A stretch of 64,000 nucleotides of DNA from Selenomonadaceae bacterium (GTDB lineage Bacteria; Bacillota; Clostridia; Oscillospirales; CAG-272), in assembly GCA_963598415.1 (NCBI GenBank), contig CAVBUH010000073.1, positions 131,669 to 195,668 on the forward strand. The letters run 5' to 3'. The notes under the pieces are model-generated. The model made no database searches. It had not been told where the DNA came from and saw nothing but the letters and a program-made list of their open reading frames with translations. The position numbers and the translations under genes were made by a program. The first letter of the stretch is position 1. The number at the start of each line of letters is the position of its first letter. Of this stretch, positions 28,555-38,028 are shown one piece after another.

Positions 28555-29451
28555 ATGAAACGAACTCTTGTAGCACTTTTCCTTGTTTTCACCATGCTAT
28601 CTACTCTCGGTATGATGGTATCGGCAGAAACGACTGCCAACAGCGCTAACGGCAGGTATGCCGGAACTTATCTGGACATTGACTTCGATAGCACCGCTGA
28701 TGTTAAGACCACAGTAGCTCCTACTGATTCCTCGATGGCGATCAAGGACGGTGTCCTAAAAGTGTCCACTTCCCTGACTTCGGTTGCAGCTAATCAAGCT
28801 TTCGACTTTGAACTCAATGTTCCTGAAACCACCATTGATATGTCAAAACCCTTTACTTACTCCTTCCGTCTTCGTATGAGCGGTGCCGCTGCCGGTTTTG
28901 CCCAGTTCGTTACTGACCTTGCTGATAATTCTAAGCTGGCACAGATTTCGACCGATGGCAAGTTTGGAGTAGCTCAGTTTGCTGCCGCTAGCGTTAACAC
29001 AAACGCCAATACTGTTGCTTCGGAAACAGGACTGACCAACCTGAAGGACGGTAATTGGCATACCATAGATATCCTTTTGACTCCCGTTGAGAACGGTAAC
29101 GGTAAATGTGAATTTGTTGCTTATATCGACAATGTTGAAATCTATGACTCTACTGGTGCCGAAAATCAGAATACCGCTCTTGAAGATAAATTCTATACCC
29201 ATACCTTTACCGATAACACGATCAGTAGTTTTATTCTTAAGTTGTGGCTCATGAGTAGTTTCACCAGTGAAGAGGCATGGACCCTTGAAATGGACTACTT
29301 CCGTGTTGGTGACGGTACTCTCAATTCTGACAACACCGATAATAACGGGAATACTAACCCCAGCACCGCTGACATAACCCTGTCGACCGCTATCGTCTCG
29401 GTTGTCATAGTGATCAGTACTGCAGTGATTTCCAAGAAGCATGCAAAATAA
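28555..29451 (+). CDS. secreted LamG-like protein with C-terminal membrane anchor
   Basis: Signal peptide MKRTLVALFLVFTMLSTLGMMVSA, jelly-roll-like NWHTIDILL segment, C-terminal TM AIVSVVIVISTAVISKKHAK. Confidence 0.6.
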   Translation: MKRTLVALFLVFTMLSTLGMMVSAETTANSANGRYAGTYLDIDFDSTADVKTTVAPTDSSMAIKDGVLKVSTSLTSVAANQAFDFELNVPETTIDMSKPFTYSFRLRMSGAAAGFAQFVTDLADNSKLAQISTDGKFGVAQFAAASVNTNANTVASETGLTNLKDGNWHTIDILLTPVENGNGKCEFVAYIDNVEIYDSTGAENQNTALEDKFYTHTFTDNTISSFILKLWLMSSFTSEEAWTLEMDYFRVGDGTLNSDNTDNNGNTNPSTADITLSTAIVSVVIVISTAVISKKHAK

Positions 29452-29477
29452 GAAAAATTTTATTTTGAAATGAACAT

Positions 29478-29531
29478 AACAAAACTACGCAAAATTCTAA
29501 AACATATGAGAAGGTTTTGCGTAGTTTTGTT
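29478..29531 (+). terminator. 17-bp perfect hairpin between 28555..29451 and 29549..31036
   Basis: AACAAAACTACGCAAAA-N20-TTTTGCGTAGTTTTGTT. Confidence 0.5.
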
Positions 29532-29548
29532 AGTAAAGGAGAGGTATT

Positions 29549-31036
29549 ATGAAAAAAATAATTGTTGCGCTTTTGACGGTGACCTTACTTGTATGCAGTA
29601 TCGTCTCTTGCAACTTTGGCGATGATAATCCTGACGATGTCTCAACGAGCAATACGGCGGATGATGAGACTTCCGGTACAGTCGAAACAACCGAGGATCC
29701 TCTTTATGCTGATCCTGCTCTTGAAAGGCAGGATTTCGGCGGACGGGATTTTGTTTTTCTTGAGCGTGATCGGACTAATTATATGGAATTCGGTATCTAT
29801 GAGGATAGCGCTAACAAAGTGGATGCTGCTGTCTTCGCTCGTAATTTAGCAATTCAAGAAAAATACAATGTCACGATTAAGACGAATAAATATGGATTTA
29901 ATGAGGCAGTTACGTATGCTTCGACACAAATCGCAGCGAATTCATTGGATTTCGATGTGATCGACGAAGGTTTTGAGTATCATATGATGCTTGCCAGCAG
30001 CGGTTATATCTATGATATCGATAGTGTTCCCGTTGTTAATACAGCAAAACATTATTGGATGCAGGATGTTCTTGATGATTCCAGTATTGCGAACAAGAAT
30101 TATTTTCTTGTCTCATATGCGAATATAAATACCTTGAATGCGACCGGTGTTGTTTTTTTCAATACAGAGCTTATTGACGATCTGAAGCTTGAATCTCCCT
30201 ATGATTTGGTGCGTAACAATGAATGGACTTATGACAAAATGTTCGAAATGAGCAAGTTGGCGTATAAAGACAACGGCGACAATGTTTTCTCTTACGATGA
30301 CACTTTTGGATCGGTAACGACAAATGCGGTCACGGAGTGTATGCTTGCTGGTATGGGAGGAGAGCTTATCACAAAGGATAAGGACGATATGCCCGAGTTG
30401 AATCTCAATAATGAAAAAACCATTGATATTATTACCAAGATTGTGGAATACTGGGCGGATGATTCTTCTCTTCATATTAACCGTTATTCTTCCTATCAGT
30501 CACCGAATAATGGTGGGAATCTGCTTAGTGATACTATGCTTGCAGGTCGTGCTCTTTTTATGCCTGAATTGCTTTATCAATTGAACGGATTTGCCGATTC
30601 CGATTTTATTATTGGAATGCTGCCGTTGCCCAAATTTGACGAGAAACAGGAATATTATTGGTCTTATGTTCATCAGACACATGGTACCGCTTTTTCGGTC
30701 CCGATTATTATGGAAGGTGAACAGCTGCAGCAGACAGGTACTATTCTTGAGGATATAGCCTACATCTCCTATTATGATATTCGTCCCGTGTTCTATGATG
30801 AAAATCTGAAGATTCGCCGTGCGCAGGATACAGAATCCTCTGAAATGCTTGATATTATCTTCTCTCATATTCGAGTTGATCTCGGTATTATTCTGCATCG
30901 TAACGGTATTGCTCCCAACACTCTTATTCGTAATTTTGTTTTGAATAAAAATACCTCTTTCGTCAGCTCTATCGAAGGTGAATCGCTCAATTACCAAGCG
31001 AAACTTGACGAATACGTTGATAAGCTGTCCGGCTGA
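29549..31036 (+). CDS. extracellular solute-binding-like lipoprotein (orphan)
   Basis: 495 aa. Lipobox IVSC after MKKIIVALLTVTLLV. Overall ABC substrate-binding-protein-like composition. No permease or ATPase genes adjacent. Confidence 0.7.
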   Translation: MKKIIVALLTVTLLVCSIVSCNFGDDNPDDVSTSNTADDETSGTVETTEDPLYADPALERQDFGGRDFVFLERDRTNYMEFGIYEDSANKVDAAVFARNLAIQEKYNVTIKTNKYGFNEAVTYASTQIAANSLDFDVIDEGFEYHMMLASSGYIYDIDSVPVVNTAKHYWMQDVLDDSSIANKNYFLVSYANINTLNATGVVFFNTELIDDLKLESPYDLVRNNEWTYDKMFEMSKLAYKDNGDNVFSYDDTFGSVTTNAVTECMLAGMGGELITKDKDDMPELNLNNEKTIDIITKIVEYWADDSSLHINRYSSYQSPNNGGNLLSDTMLAGRALFMPELLYQLNGFADSDFIIGMLPLPKFDEKQEYYWSYVHQTHGTAFSVPIIMEGEQLQQTGTILEDIAYISYYDIRPVFYDENLKIRRAQDTESSEMLDIIFSHIRVDLGIILHRNGIAPNTLIRNFVLNKNTSFVSSIEGESLNYQAKLDEYVDKLSG

Positions 31037-31093
31037 GTGAAAGACGAAAGACGATTCGAATCGGAATCGTGACGATAAAAAAAGTATATGAAG

Positions 31094-31130
31094 ATACCCA
31101 CCACATTGATTGGGATGTGGTGGGTATTTG
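31094..31130 (+). terminator. Rho-independent terminator after 29549..31036
   Basis: ATACCCACCACAT-N8-ATGTGGTGGGTAT followed by TTG. Confidence 0.6.
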
Positions 31131-31305
31131 ACTATTCAAGCGTGAATTTATTAGTATTCGTTATTCAAGAATTGTATGGTGCTCATTTTTATGATATACT
31201 AAGAATAACTTTTCTATAGAGAAATTTTTTGATTGTACCGTTACCCTGCCGGGAAAAAAGTTGTCTTTATAATTGAAGATCTTCAAACCGTGAAAGGAGA
31301 AACCG

Positions 31306-31866
31306 ATGGAGGATTCCCGTATTATCGCACTGTACCGAGAGCGATCCGAGGAGGCAGTTTCAGAAACCGAGAAGAAATACGGAAAAATGTGCCGCAGTAT
31401 TGCAAGAAATATTTTGCGTAATGAAGCTGATGCGGAAGAATGCACCTCCGATGTCTATCTTACCGTATGGAACTGTATTCCGCCGCAGGAGCCGTACGAT
31501 TTTTGTGCGTACATAGCAAAAATCACACGGAACCTTGCCTTTAACCGCAGAAAAGCTAAAGGCCGGCAAAAACGCGGAGGGGGCAGATGCGATGCAGTCC
31601 TGGAGGAGTTGTCGGCTGTTTTACAGGACACCGAAGACATTGAGGATATAAGCGAAGGGCTTCGTATAAGAGAACTTATTGAGAGATATCTTTTCAGTAT
31701 AGATTCTGACAAGCGAAAAGGCTTTGTTATGCGATATTGGTTTTGCGATTCGATTTCGGATATTGCGCTTTCTCTCGGTATGAGTAAAGGGCAGGTAAAG
31801 ATGATGCTTCTCCGCACACGGAAAGATTTAAAGATTTATCTTGAAAAGGAGGACGTCAGTATATGA
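31306..31866 (+). CDS. ECF-type RNA polymerase sigma-70 family factor
   Basis: 186 aa. Region 2 (DVYLTVWNCIPPQEPYDFCAYIAKITRNLAFN) and region 4 HTH (ISDIALSLGMSKGQVKMMLLRTRKDL). Confidence 0.88.
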   Translation: MEDSRIIALYRERSEEAVSETEKKYGKMCRSIARNILRNEADAEECTSDVYLTVWNCIPPQEPYDFCAYIAKITRNLAFNRRKAKGRQKRGGGRCDAVLEELSAVLQDTEDIEDISEGLRIRELIERYLFSIDSDKRKGFVMRYWFCDSISDIALSLGMSKGQVKMMLLRTRKDLKIYLEKEDVSI

Positions 31867-33083
31867 ATAAAGATAAATTGTCTCGGATCATCGGAGAGCT
31901 TGACGACCGTATTGTCAGCGAGAGCGCGGGTGCCCGTATATCCTCGGGTAGGTCAGAGACGGTGCCGGAGAAAAAGAGAAGAGGTATTGGACGATGGATT
32001 GAGGCGGCAGCGTGTCTGCTTATCGTTACAGGAATGATAGGAGCTGCGGTTATTCTGCCGTCTCTGACGAAAAAGAGCGGACCAGCAAGCACCGGGGCAG
32101 AGACATATATATCGTCCAATATATTGATCGATACGGGGAACGATATGCCGAATCAGATGGGAGAGATGATTCCCGTTATCTATAAGAGCGCTCTGTTTTG
32201 TTGGGGATACAACGGCAATGTAGACGGTTGGAATAAGGCTGTGGTTATCCGCAGCAAGAATGAACTGACAGAATATATTGAGGAGAGAAAAGAAAAGAAC
32301 CCTTTGGTTGTTCCGGATGTCGAAGATGAAAAGTTAATATCACAGATAACCGATGCGTATTTGAAATGGGAAAAAGATATGCTGGATTTTTCCGATTCAT
32401 ACAGTGACGAATACTTTGAAACGCACGACCTTATAGTGCTTCCGATAGAAGCGGCAAGCGGCAGCTTTCGGTATATGCTTTCCTCGCTTGTCAGGCAAGA
32501 AGCGGGAGTGGTGACAGTGGTGGTGAACACTTATATGCCCGAGGTATATACAGATGATCTGCGTGAATTTTGCTGGCTTATTGAAACAGGTGAAAAACTC
32601 GGAGCCGATGAAACGGTAGAGGTAAGTTTTTGCGAAACAGATGATACGGCCAAAGCTTCTTACTTCAGAGTCGGTGTGTATGATGATGACTGTACGGAGC
32701 CGAAATGTACGCTGATCCGGTCGCGGGATGAGCTTGAAAAACACCTTCAACGCTATCTTGAAAATTCCGATGAGCTTGACGCGATGAAGGATACGCTGGA
32801 TCGATACACGGATGATTATTTCAAGACAAATTATCTCGCGATGGTCGGTGCCAGTGTCGGAAGCGGTTCTTATAGGCTGAATGTACGATCCTTGCTCAAT
32901 GATTGGTCCGGAATTGAGGTTATGCTTGAGACCGTAACAGAAAAAGGGGCGAATGTGACTGCCGATGAAGCATCATGGACAGTTATCATTGAAGGAGAAG
33001 GAATACTTCCCGATGACATTAAGGCGAGCGTCCGCAGCGACTTCAGAGAGGTTGACAGCGAGGAGTTTGAACAGTATCGCTGA
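31863..33083 (+). CDS. putative anti-sigma factor, single-pass membrane protein with duplicated extracytoplasmic domain
   Basis: ATGA overlap with the sigma gene. TM WIEAAACLLIVTGMIGAAVILPSL. Two homologous C-terminal modules. Confidence 0.6.
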   Translation: MNKDKLSRIIGELDDRIVSESAGARISSGRSETVPEKKRRGIGRWIEAAACLLIVTGMIGAAVILPSLTKKSGPASTGAETYISSNILIDTGNDMPNQMGEMIPVIYKSALFCWGYNGNVDGWNKAVVIRSKNELTEYIEERKEKNPLVVPDVEDEKLISQITDAYLKWEKDMLDFSDSYSDEYFETHDLIVLPIEAASGSFRYMLSSLVRQEAGVVTVVVNTYMPEVYTDDLREFCWLIETGEKLGADETVEVSFCETDDTAKASYFRVGVYDDDCTEPKCTLIRSRDELEKHLQRYLENSDELDAMKDTLDRYTDDYFKTNYLAMVGASVGSGSYRLNVRSLLNDWSGIEVMLETVTEKGANVTADEASWTVIIEGEGILPDDIKASVRSDFREVDSEEFEQYR

Positions 33084-33098
33084 TTCCCGTTTGTTTTA

Positions 33099-33275
33099 TT
33101 AAGGAAATACTATTGGAGTACGGCTTGCGTCTTGACGGCATATCTGCTTGTTCATTTTCCGTCACACTTCATAAAATTCGTCGGCAGAGTAGCCTCTCTT
33201 GCCTTCTCATTTTGTATCGTTGATGGAAAATATGACTTCGCATCTGTATCGTCAGAACCCGGCGGTATTGCCATA
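33099..33275 (+). repeat. TTAAGG-terminus repeat, full-length copy (subfamily 2, decayed termini)
   Basis: TTAAGGAAATAC...CCCGGCGGTATTGCCATAA. Core CATTTTCCGTCACACTTCATAAAATTCGTCGGCAGAG. Confidence 0.8.
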
Positions 33276-33757
33276 AATGAAGCATTAAAGCGAAAGAACA
33301 CTTGTCTCTGCTTTTCGTGATGTTCTTAACGGATAGTGGGTAGCCGGAAGGTATAAAAACCTTCCGGCTGCTGCTTTGGCACCTATGTTTTTCTTGTGTT
33401 ACGGTACTTTTGTGGATTCTCTGCTCCTAAAGTGCCCTCTTGCTCTTAATGATGGTACTACTTCGGAGAAAAAGCAAAAATGTCGAAAAAAACTTGTGCG
33501 GTCGGCAACGCCGTCCGATGTGAGCCGAGTCGAGAGGCGTTTGCGCCCCGACTCTTTCTCCTGCTTGATTTTCAACCCAATAAAAAGCTTGAAAAGTTAC
33601 CGCAAATCTTTCAAAATCCCCCTTGGCTAACCTCGTTCTCAAATCGCCCGGAATAGGCGTTTTTCTTTTTGGTTGTTTGTCGTTTCGCTTTTCCCGGTAC
33701 ACGGGCAACACGAGGAATATCTACAGTGTTGGCTTTGTTTTTTTCTTTGGAAGGCAA

Positions 33758-35089
33758 TCATCTGTATTCCGCTGTAAAGATGTTAATGCGCTCTTTTTTC
33801 AAGAGAAACGCATACGCCGCAAGAGACACGATGCTGTCGAAGGCGTTGCCAATACCGAACAGCAGAGCAATTCCGACGAGTGTGGGCACCCATGCACCCG
33901 TTACATAAAGAACAAATGCGATACCGTAATAGACGATATTGGTTACCACTGATTCGAACAGCATATATTTCGTCTTGCCGAGCCCGTAGAAGGTAGAGTC
34001 GAATACATTTTGGATGGCGTAGAGAACGTAGAAGCCAACGAGAAGCAGAACGAGTTCAAAGAGTTTATCCACGTCAGTGAAGCCGAGCACATACGTCATA
34101 AACGGTTTCCAGCCGGGAATGCTCACGAACCACAGCGCTGAGATGATCGCCGTGATTCCGAAATAGCCCAACGTATTTTTACGAATGTTTTCTTTATCTG
34201 CAGCTACCTCTTGCTTAATGAGTTCTCCCAACTGGAGTACGGGCAGAAGAAGCCACCCCCATATGAAATTATTTGCCACCCAATAGGTGCCTTGTTCTCC
34301 TACAACGTTGACCATTCGCACGATCATCACCATATAGGTAACGTTGCGGACAAGAGATTCCACGCCCGATATTCTGCCGATCTTAACGAATTCTTTCGTC
34401 CATGAGAAATCCGGCTTTGCCTTGGTGAATATTTTGATTTTTTCTTTGGCGAGAAGAACGACCGATACGGCAAGCAGAAGCGCATTGACGATTATGTTGG
34501 AATAGCCGATGCCGTTCACACCGAGGTGCGCCGACACAGGCAAGTTTGACACGAGAAAGGTATCTGAAACAAGGCATAGAACGAGCCGCGCACCGGTAAG
34601 TACGTAAAGATATTTGCTCTTATTCACCGTTACTAATATGACGAGAGCGAACTGCGAGAGGATGGAGAAAATATTGGCAATGCTTTCGATGCGTATGTAG
34701 GATGCTGAGGCTTCGACGATGCTTGCCTCAGTTGCCATCAGCTTCAGCAGCGGTTCTGCGAACATTAGCACTACAGCAGAAAGCACAGCATATACGCCGA
34801 AGGAAATTAGCATACCGGTTCGTACGCAATTAGTGAATTTTGCTTTATCGTCTTTTACCTTGCCAACGAAATAGAACAGTGGCAGAATGATGGCTTCATT
34901 CAGAATTTCATAAATCAGATTGACCCATGAGAGCTGTCCCGCAATTGAGTAAGAATATTCGCCCGGTAACTGTCCGAGGAAAAATACGCGCACCGTGGTG
35001 TAGACGGTCGGTGTAAGCCCGAGGACGAGCAATGCGAAAAAGAGCTTGTAATTGATTCTGCTAAGCGACAGTTTGAGCTTGGGAAACAT
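33758..35089 (-). CDS. MATE/MOP-superfamily efflux transporter
   Basis: 443 aa, about 12 predicted TM helices, MATE-like sequence. Confidence 0.75.
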   Translation of the reverse strand: MFPKLKLSLSRINYKLFFALLVLGLTPTVYTTVRVFFLGQLPGEYSYSIAGQLSWVNLIYEILNEAIILPLFYFVGKVKDDKAKFTNCVRTGMLISFGVYAVLSAVVLMFAEPLLKLMATEASIVEASASYIRIESIANIFSILSQFALVILVTVNKSKYLYVLTGARLVLCLVSDTFLVSNLPVSAHLGVNGIGYSNIIVNALLLAVSVVLLAKEKIKIFTKAKPDFSWTKEFVKIGRISGVESLVRNVTYMVMIVRMVNVVGEQGTYWVANNFIWGWLLLPVLQLGELIKQEVAADKENIRKNTLGYFGITAIISALWFVSIPGWKPFMTYVLGFTDVDKLFELVLLLVGFYVLYAIQNVFDSTFYGLGKTKYMLFESVVTNIVYYGIAFVLYVTGAWVPTLVGIALLFGIGNAFDSIVSLAAYAFLLKKERINIFTAEYR

Positions 35090-35292
35090 ATCCGTCGCCT
35101 CCTGTTGTTATTAGCAAAAAGGACAAAAGAAAGACATCTGCATACAATCGCAGATACCAAAAAAACGACAACGCTCCCGTCACCCCATGTCTGCTACCAT
35201 AAGTGCGATTCGCCGGAAGTTACCGAAAATCTGTCAGGTTTGCGGTAAGCTTCCCAATTGCCATAGCAATCGCTTAAAGTCACTATTTGCTT
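35090..35292 (-). promoter_or_regulatory. long structured 5' leader of the MATE gene (candidate cis-regulatory RNA, class unknown)
   Basis: On the minus strand, closing stem GCGATT/AATCGC encloses an 11-bp hairpin GGAAGCTTACCG...CGGTAACTTCC. A T7 run follows, about 60 nt before the RBS GGAGG. Confidence 0.3.
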
Positions 35293-35298
35293 ATGATT

Positions 35299-35327
35299 AT
35301 TCTATCATTTTTAATTGCGGAAGTCAA
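35299..35327 (-). promoter_or_regulatory. sigma-A promoter for the MATE gene
   Basis: Minus strand TTGACT-17 nt-TAGAAT. Implies a 5' UTR of about 200 nt. Confidence 0.55.
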
Positions 35328-35567
35328 TAAAAATTCCATTGCAGTTACAATTTGTCTTTTCATCTTATTCGGTTTTGGTTTTCTTCGTTAAGGGCATCAC
35401 GCTTTGGAGTGGTGGGTATTTTTTGATTTGCCTAACGGGTTATTGAGAAAGGTTTTCCGAACAGAAATATGCGTCTGCCGAAAACGGTGTTTTCGGCTAA
35501 TATTCTTTCCCTCTTTCTTGTTAAGAAAGAGGCGGGGAATGGGGCAGCGCCCCAAAATAATTATAAT

Positions 35568-36785
35568 TTACTTTTCTGCACTGTCAGCCGCACAAACCGC
35601 AGTGGAAAAGGCGATTTGAAGATTAAACCCGCCGGTATATCCGTCAACATCGATAATTTCACCCGCAAAATACAGTCCTTTCACAAGTTTGGATTCCATT
35701 GTTTTCGGGTTAATCTCCTTGGTGGAAACCCCTCCCTTTGTGATGATTGCTTCCTCTATCGGGCGGAAGCGGGAAAGTCTCACAGGAAAGGATTTAAGCA
35801 GAGAGATGATTCTGCGGCGTTCCTCTCTGGTTATGGAATTTACCTTCTTATTGGGATCAATTCCGCTTAGCGAGACGAAAACAGGAATCATTTTCGAGGG
35901 AAGAAGAGCACCGAGGGAATTGGAAAAATCCCGATTGATATTTTTCGAAAAATCAGAGAGAAGGCGGCTGTCAAGTGTTTTTTCATCGAGCGCCGGCTTG
36001 AGGTCGATGACAAGGGTGTATTTTCCCGGTTCAAGGTCGGGAATCATGGAGGAAGCCGATAGTATCATAGGACCTGTCACTCCAAAATGAGTGAACATCA
36101 TTTCTCCGAAGTCAGAATATGCTTCTTTTCCGTCACTTCTTATCATTACGGCGGAAACATTTTTTAGTGACAGTCCTTGCATTTCCGCACAGAAACGGTC
36201 GGGCGATTCTATCGGTACAAGGGAGGGAGAAAGCTTTGTTACCGTGTGACCGAGCTCTTTGGCAAAGCGATAGCCGTCGCCGTCAGAGCCTGTTTTGGGA
36301 TATGACATTCCGCCTGTGCAGAGTATGACCGCATCGAAGCGGTAATGTTTTCCTCCTGCGATAAGTCCCGTAACAGAACCATCCTCAGCGGTTATTTCGG
36401 AGACTCTTTTATTTACAGTATGTCCTTTTACGATATCGCGCAGAGCATGAACGATATCTCCTGCACGATCGGATTTCGGAAAGACGCGGTTTCCTCGTTC
36501 TGTTTTGAGAGGCACGCCGTGCTCTTCAAAAAAATTCATGGTATCCAAACAGGAGAAGGCACTGTATGCGGAATAGAGAAAACGGGAATTGGTCGGAATG
36601 TTCGCCATGAATTCTTCGGCTGTGCAGTTGTTGGTTATATTGCATCTGCCTTTACCTGTGATGCCGAGCTTAAGACCGAGCCTGTCGTTTCTTTCGAACA
36701 GGGTAACATCGGCACTGCCGGAAATAAGCCTTGCCGCCGCCATCATACCAGCAGCGCCGCCTCCTACTATTGCGATTTTTTTCAT
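35568..36785 (-). CDS. NAD(P)/FAD-dependent oxidoreductase (HI0933/BaiN-like flavoprotein)
   Basis: MKKIAIVGGGAAGMMAAARL Rossmann start, C-terminal GGFNLQ motif region. Start trimmed to ATG 36785. Confidence 0.85.
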   Translation of the reverse strand: MKKIAIVGGGAAGMMAAARLISGSADVTLFERNDRLGLKLGITGKGRCNITNNCTAEEFMANIPTNSRFLYSAYSAFSCLDTMNFFEEHGVPLKTERGNRVFPKSDRAGDIVHALRDIVKGHTVNKRVSEITAEDGSVTGLIAGGKHYRFDAVILCTGGMSYPKTGSDGDGYRFAKELGHTVTKLSPSLVPIESPDRFCAEMQGLSLKNVSAVMIRSDGKEAYSDFGEMMFTHFGVTGPMILSASSMIPDLEPGKYTLVIDLKPALDEKTLDSRLLSDFSKNINRDFSNSLGALLPSKMIPVFVSLSGIDPNKKVNSITREERRRIISLLKSFPVRLSRFRPIEEAIITKGGVSTKEINPKTMESKLVKGLYFAGEIIDVDGYTGGFNLQIAFSTAVCAADSAEK

Positions 36786-36923
36786 TTGTTTTATGACTTT
36801 GCCTTTGATTTTGCAAAGGTCTCCTTTTCTGCCGGGATTAAGCAGGCTGCGCTTAACCAAGATTGCCGGCTGCTTTTCGGCAAAGACTCAAAACCGTCAG
36901 GCGGTTGCCCGACGCGTGGCCTT

Positions 36924-37787
36924 TTACACTTTATCTTTGTCGTAAACGTCGTATTCGTCCCATATTTTTTCGAGTCGGCTGAATACATCTTCAAGCTCAG
37001 TCTGTTTTTTGCGAGACACTGCCACGATAAGAGCGTCGATTATGCTGAGAGGAGCGACAAGGGAATCAACAAAGGACGCCATATCACTTTTGGCATAGAG
37101 CTTTGAATCGGCATAAGGCGCGATCGGAGAGCGGTCGCTGTCGGTGAGAGCGATGATATGCGCTTTTTGCGAACGTGCATATTCAACGGCACTGATGATC
37201 CGTTTTGAATAGCGGGGAAAGCTGATTGCGATAACCGCATCTTTATCGGATACACGCAGGAGCTGTTCAAAAACCTCGCTTCCGCTTGTGGTCTGTACGA
37301 GCGATACGCGTTCAAACATGAATCGGAAATTAAATGCGAGAAAATTTGCTAAAGACGCTGAGCTTCTCATTCCGATTATATAAATCTTGCGTGAGTTCAT
37401 AAGCGCGTCTACCGCACTGTCAAAATCCTTTCTGCTTACGCTTTCAAGGGTGGCGCGTATTTTGGAAATATCGGAATTGAGAACGCTTTCCAGTACGTCT
37501 CCGTTTCCGATCCGATCATTTGTTACCTCCATACGCTGAACAGGGGTAAGCTTCATTCTGATCAGCTCCTGAAGAGCCGTCTGAAGCTCCGGATAGCCTT
37601 CAAAGCCGAGAGCGGAGGCAAATCTTACGACGGTGGACTCGCTGACGCCTGTTACTTCTCCGAGCTTTGAGGCAGTCATAAAGGCCGCTTTATCGTAATT
37701 GGCGATGAGATAACTGCCGATAGATCGCTGTCCTTTTGAAAATTCCGGGATCATGTCTTTTATTCTGTCAAGAAGATCGTTTTTCAT
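36924..37787 (-). CDS. MurR/RpiR family transcriptional regulator
   Basis: HTH_6-like N-terminus (QRSIGSYLIANYDKAAFMTASKLGEVTGVSESTVVRFA) plus SIS domain. Start at ATG 37787 after GGAAGG. Confidence 0.88.
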   Translation of the reverse strand: MKNDLLDRIKDMIPEFSKGQRSIGSYLIANYDKAAFMTASKLGEVTGVSESTVVRFASALGFEGYPELQTALQELIRMKLTPVQRMEVTNDRIGNGDVLESVLNSDISKIRATLESVSRKDFDSAVDALMNSRKIYIIGMRSSASLANFLAFNFRFMFERVSLVQTTSGSEVFEQLLRVSDKDAVIAISFPRYSKRIISAVEYARSQKAHIIALTDSDRSPIAPYADSKLYAKSDMASFVDSLVAPLSIIDALIVAVSRKKQTELEDVFSRLEKIWDEYDVYDKDKV

Positions 37788-37959
37788 ATGCCTTCCGCTT
37801 ATCATCGAAATCAGATGAAAGCCCTCCGTTTGTGATGGTTTATGAATCGGACTTTGCCGTTTCCTGCAATTTGAGTCTGTTATTACGCAAAAAAATACAC
37901 GCATAACCGGATATGCAGGCTGAAGCGGTATATCCTTCATAATGCGAATTATTATCTCA

Positions 37960-37988
37960 ATTATAGAGTTAAAAATGAAATTTGTCAA
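37960..37988 (-). promoter_or_regulatory. sigma-A promoter for the RpiR-family gene
   Basis: Minus strand perfect TTGACA-17 nt-TATAAT. 5' UTR of about 165 nt. Confidence 0.65.
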
Positions 37989-38028
37989 GAGGCGGAATGA
38001 ATATTCGGGAAATGAATCAAAAAATAAC

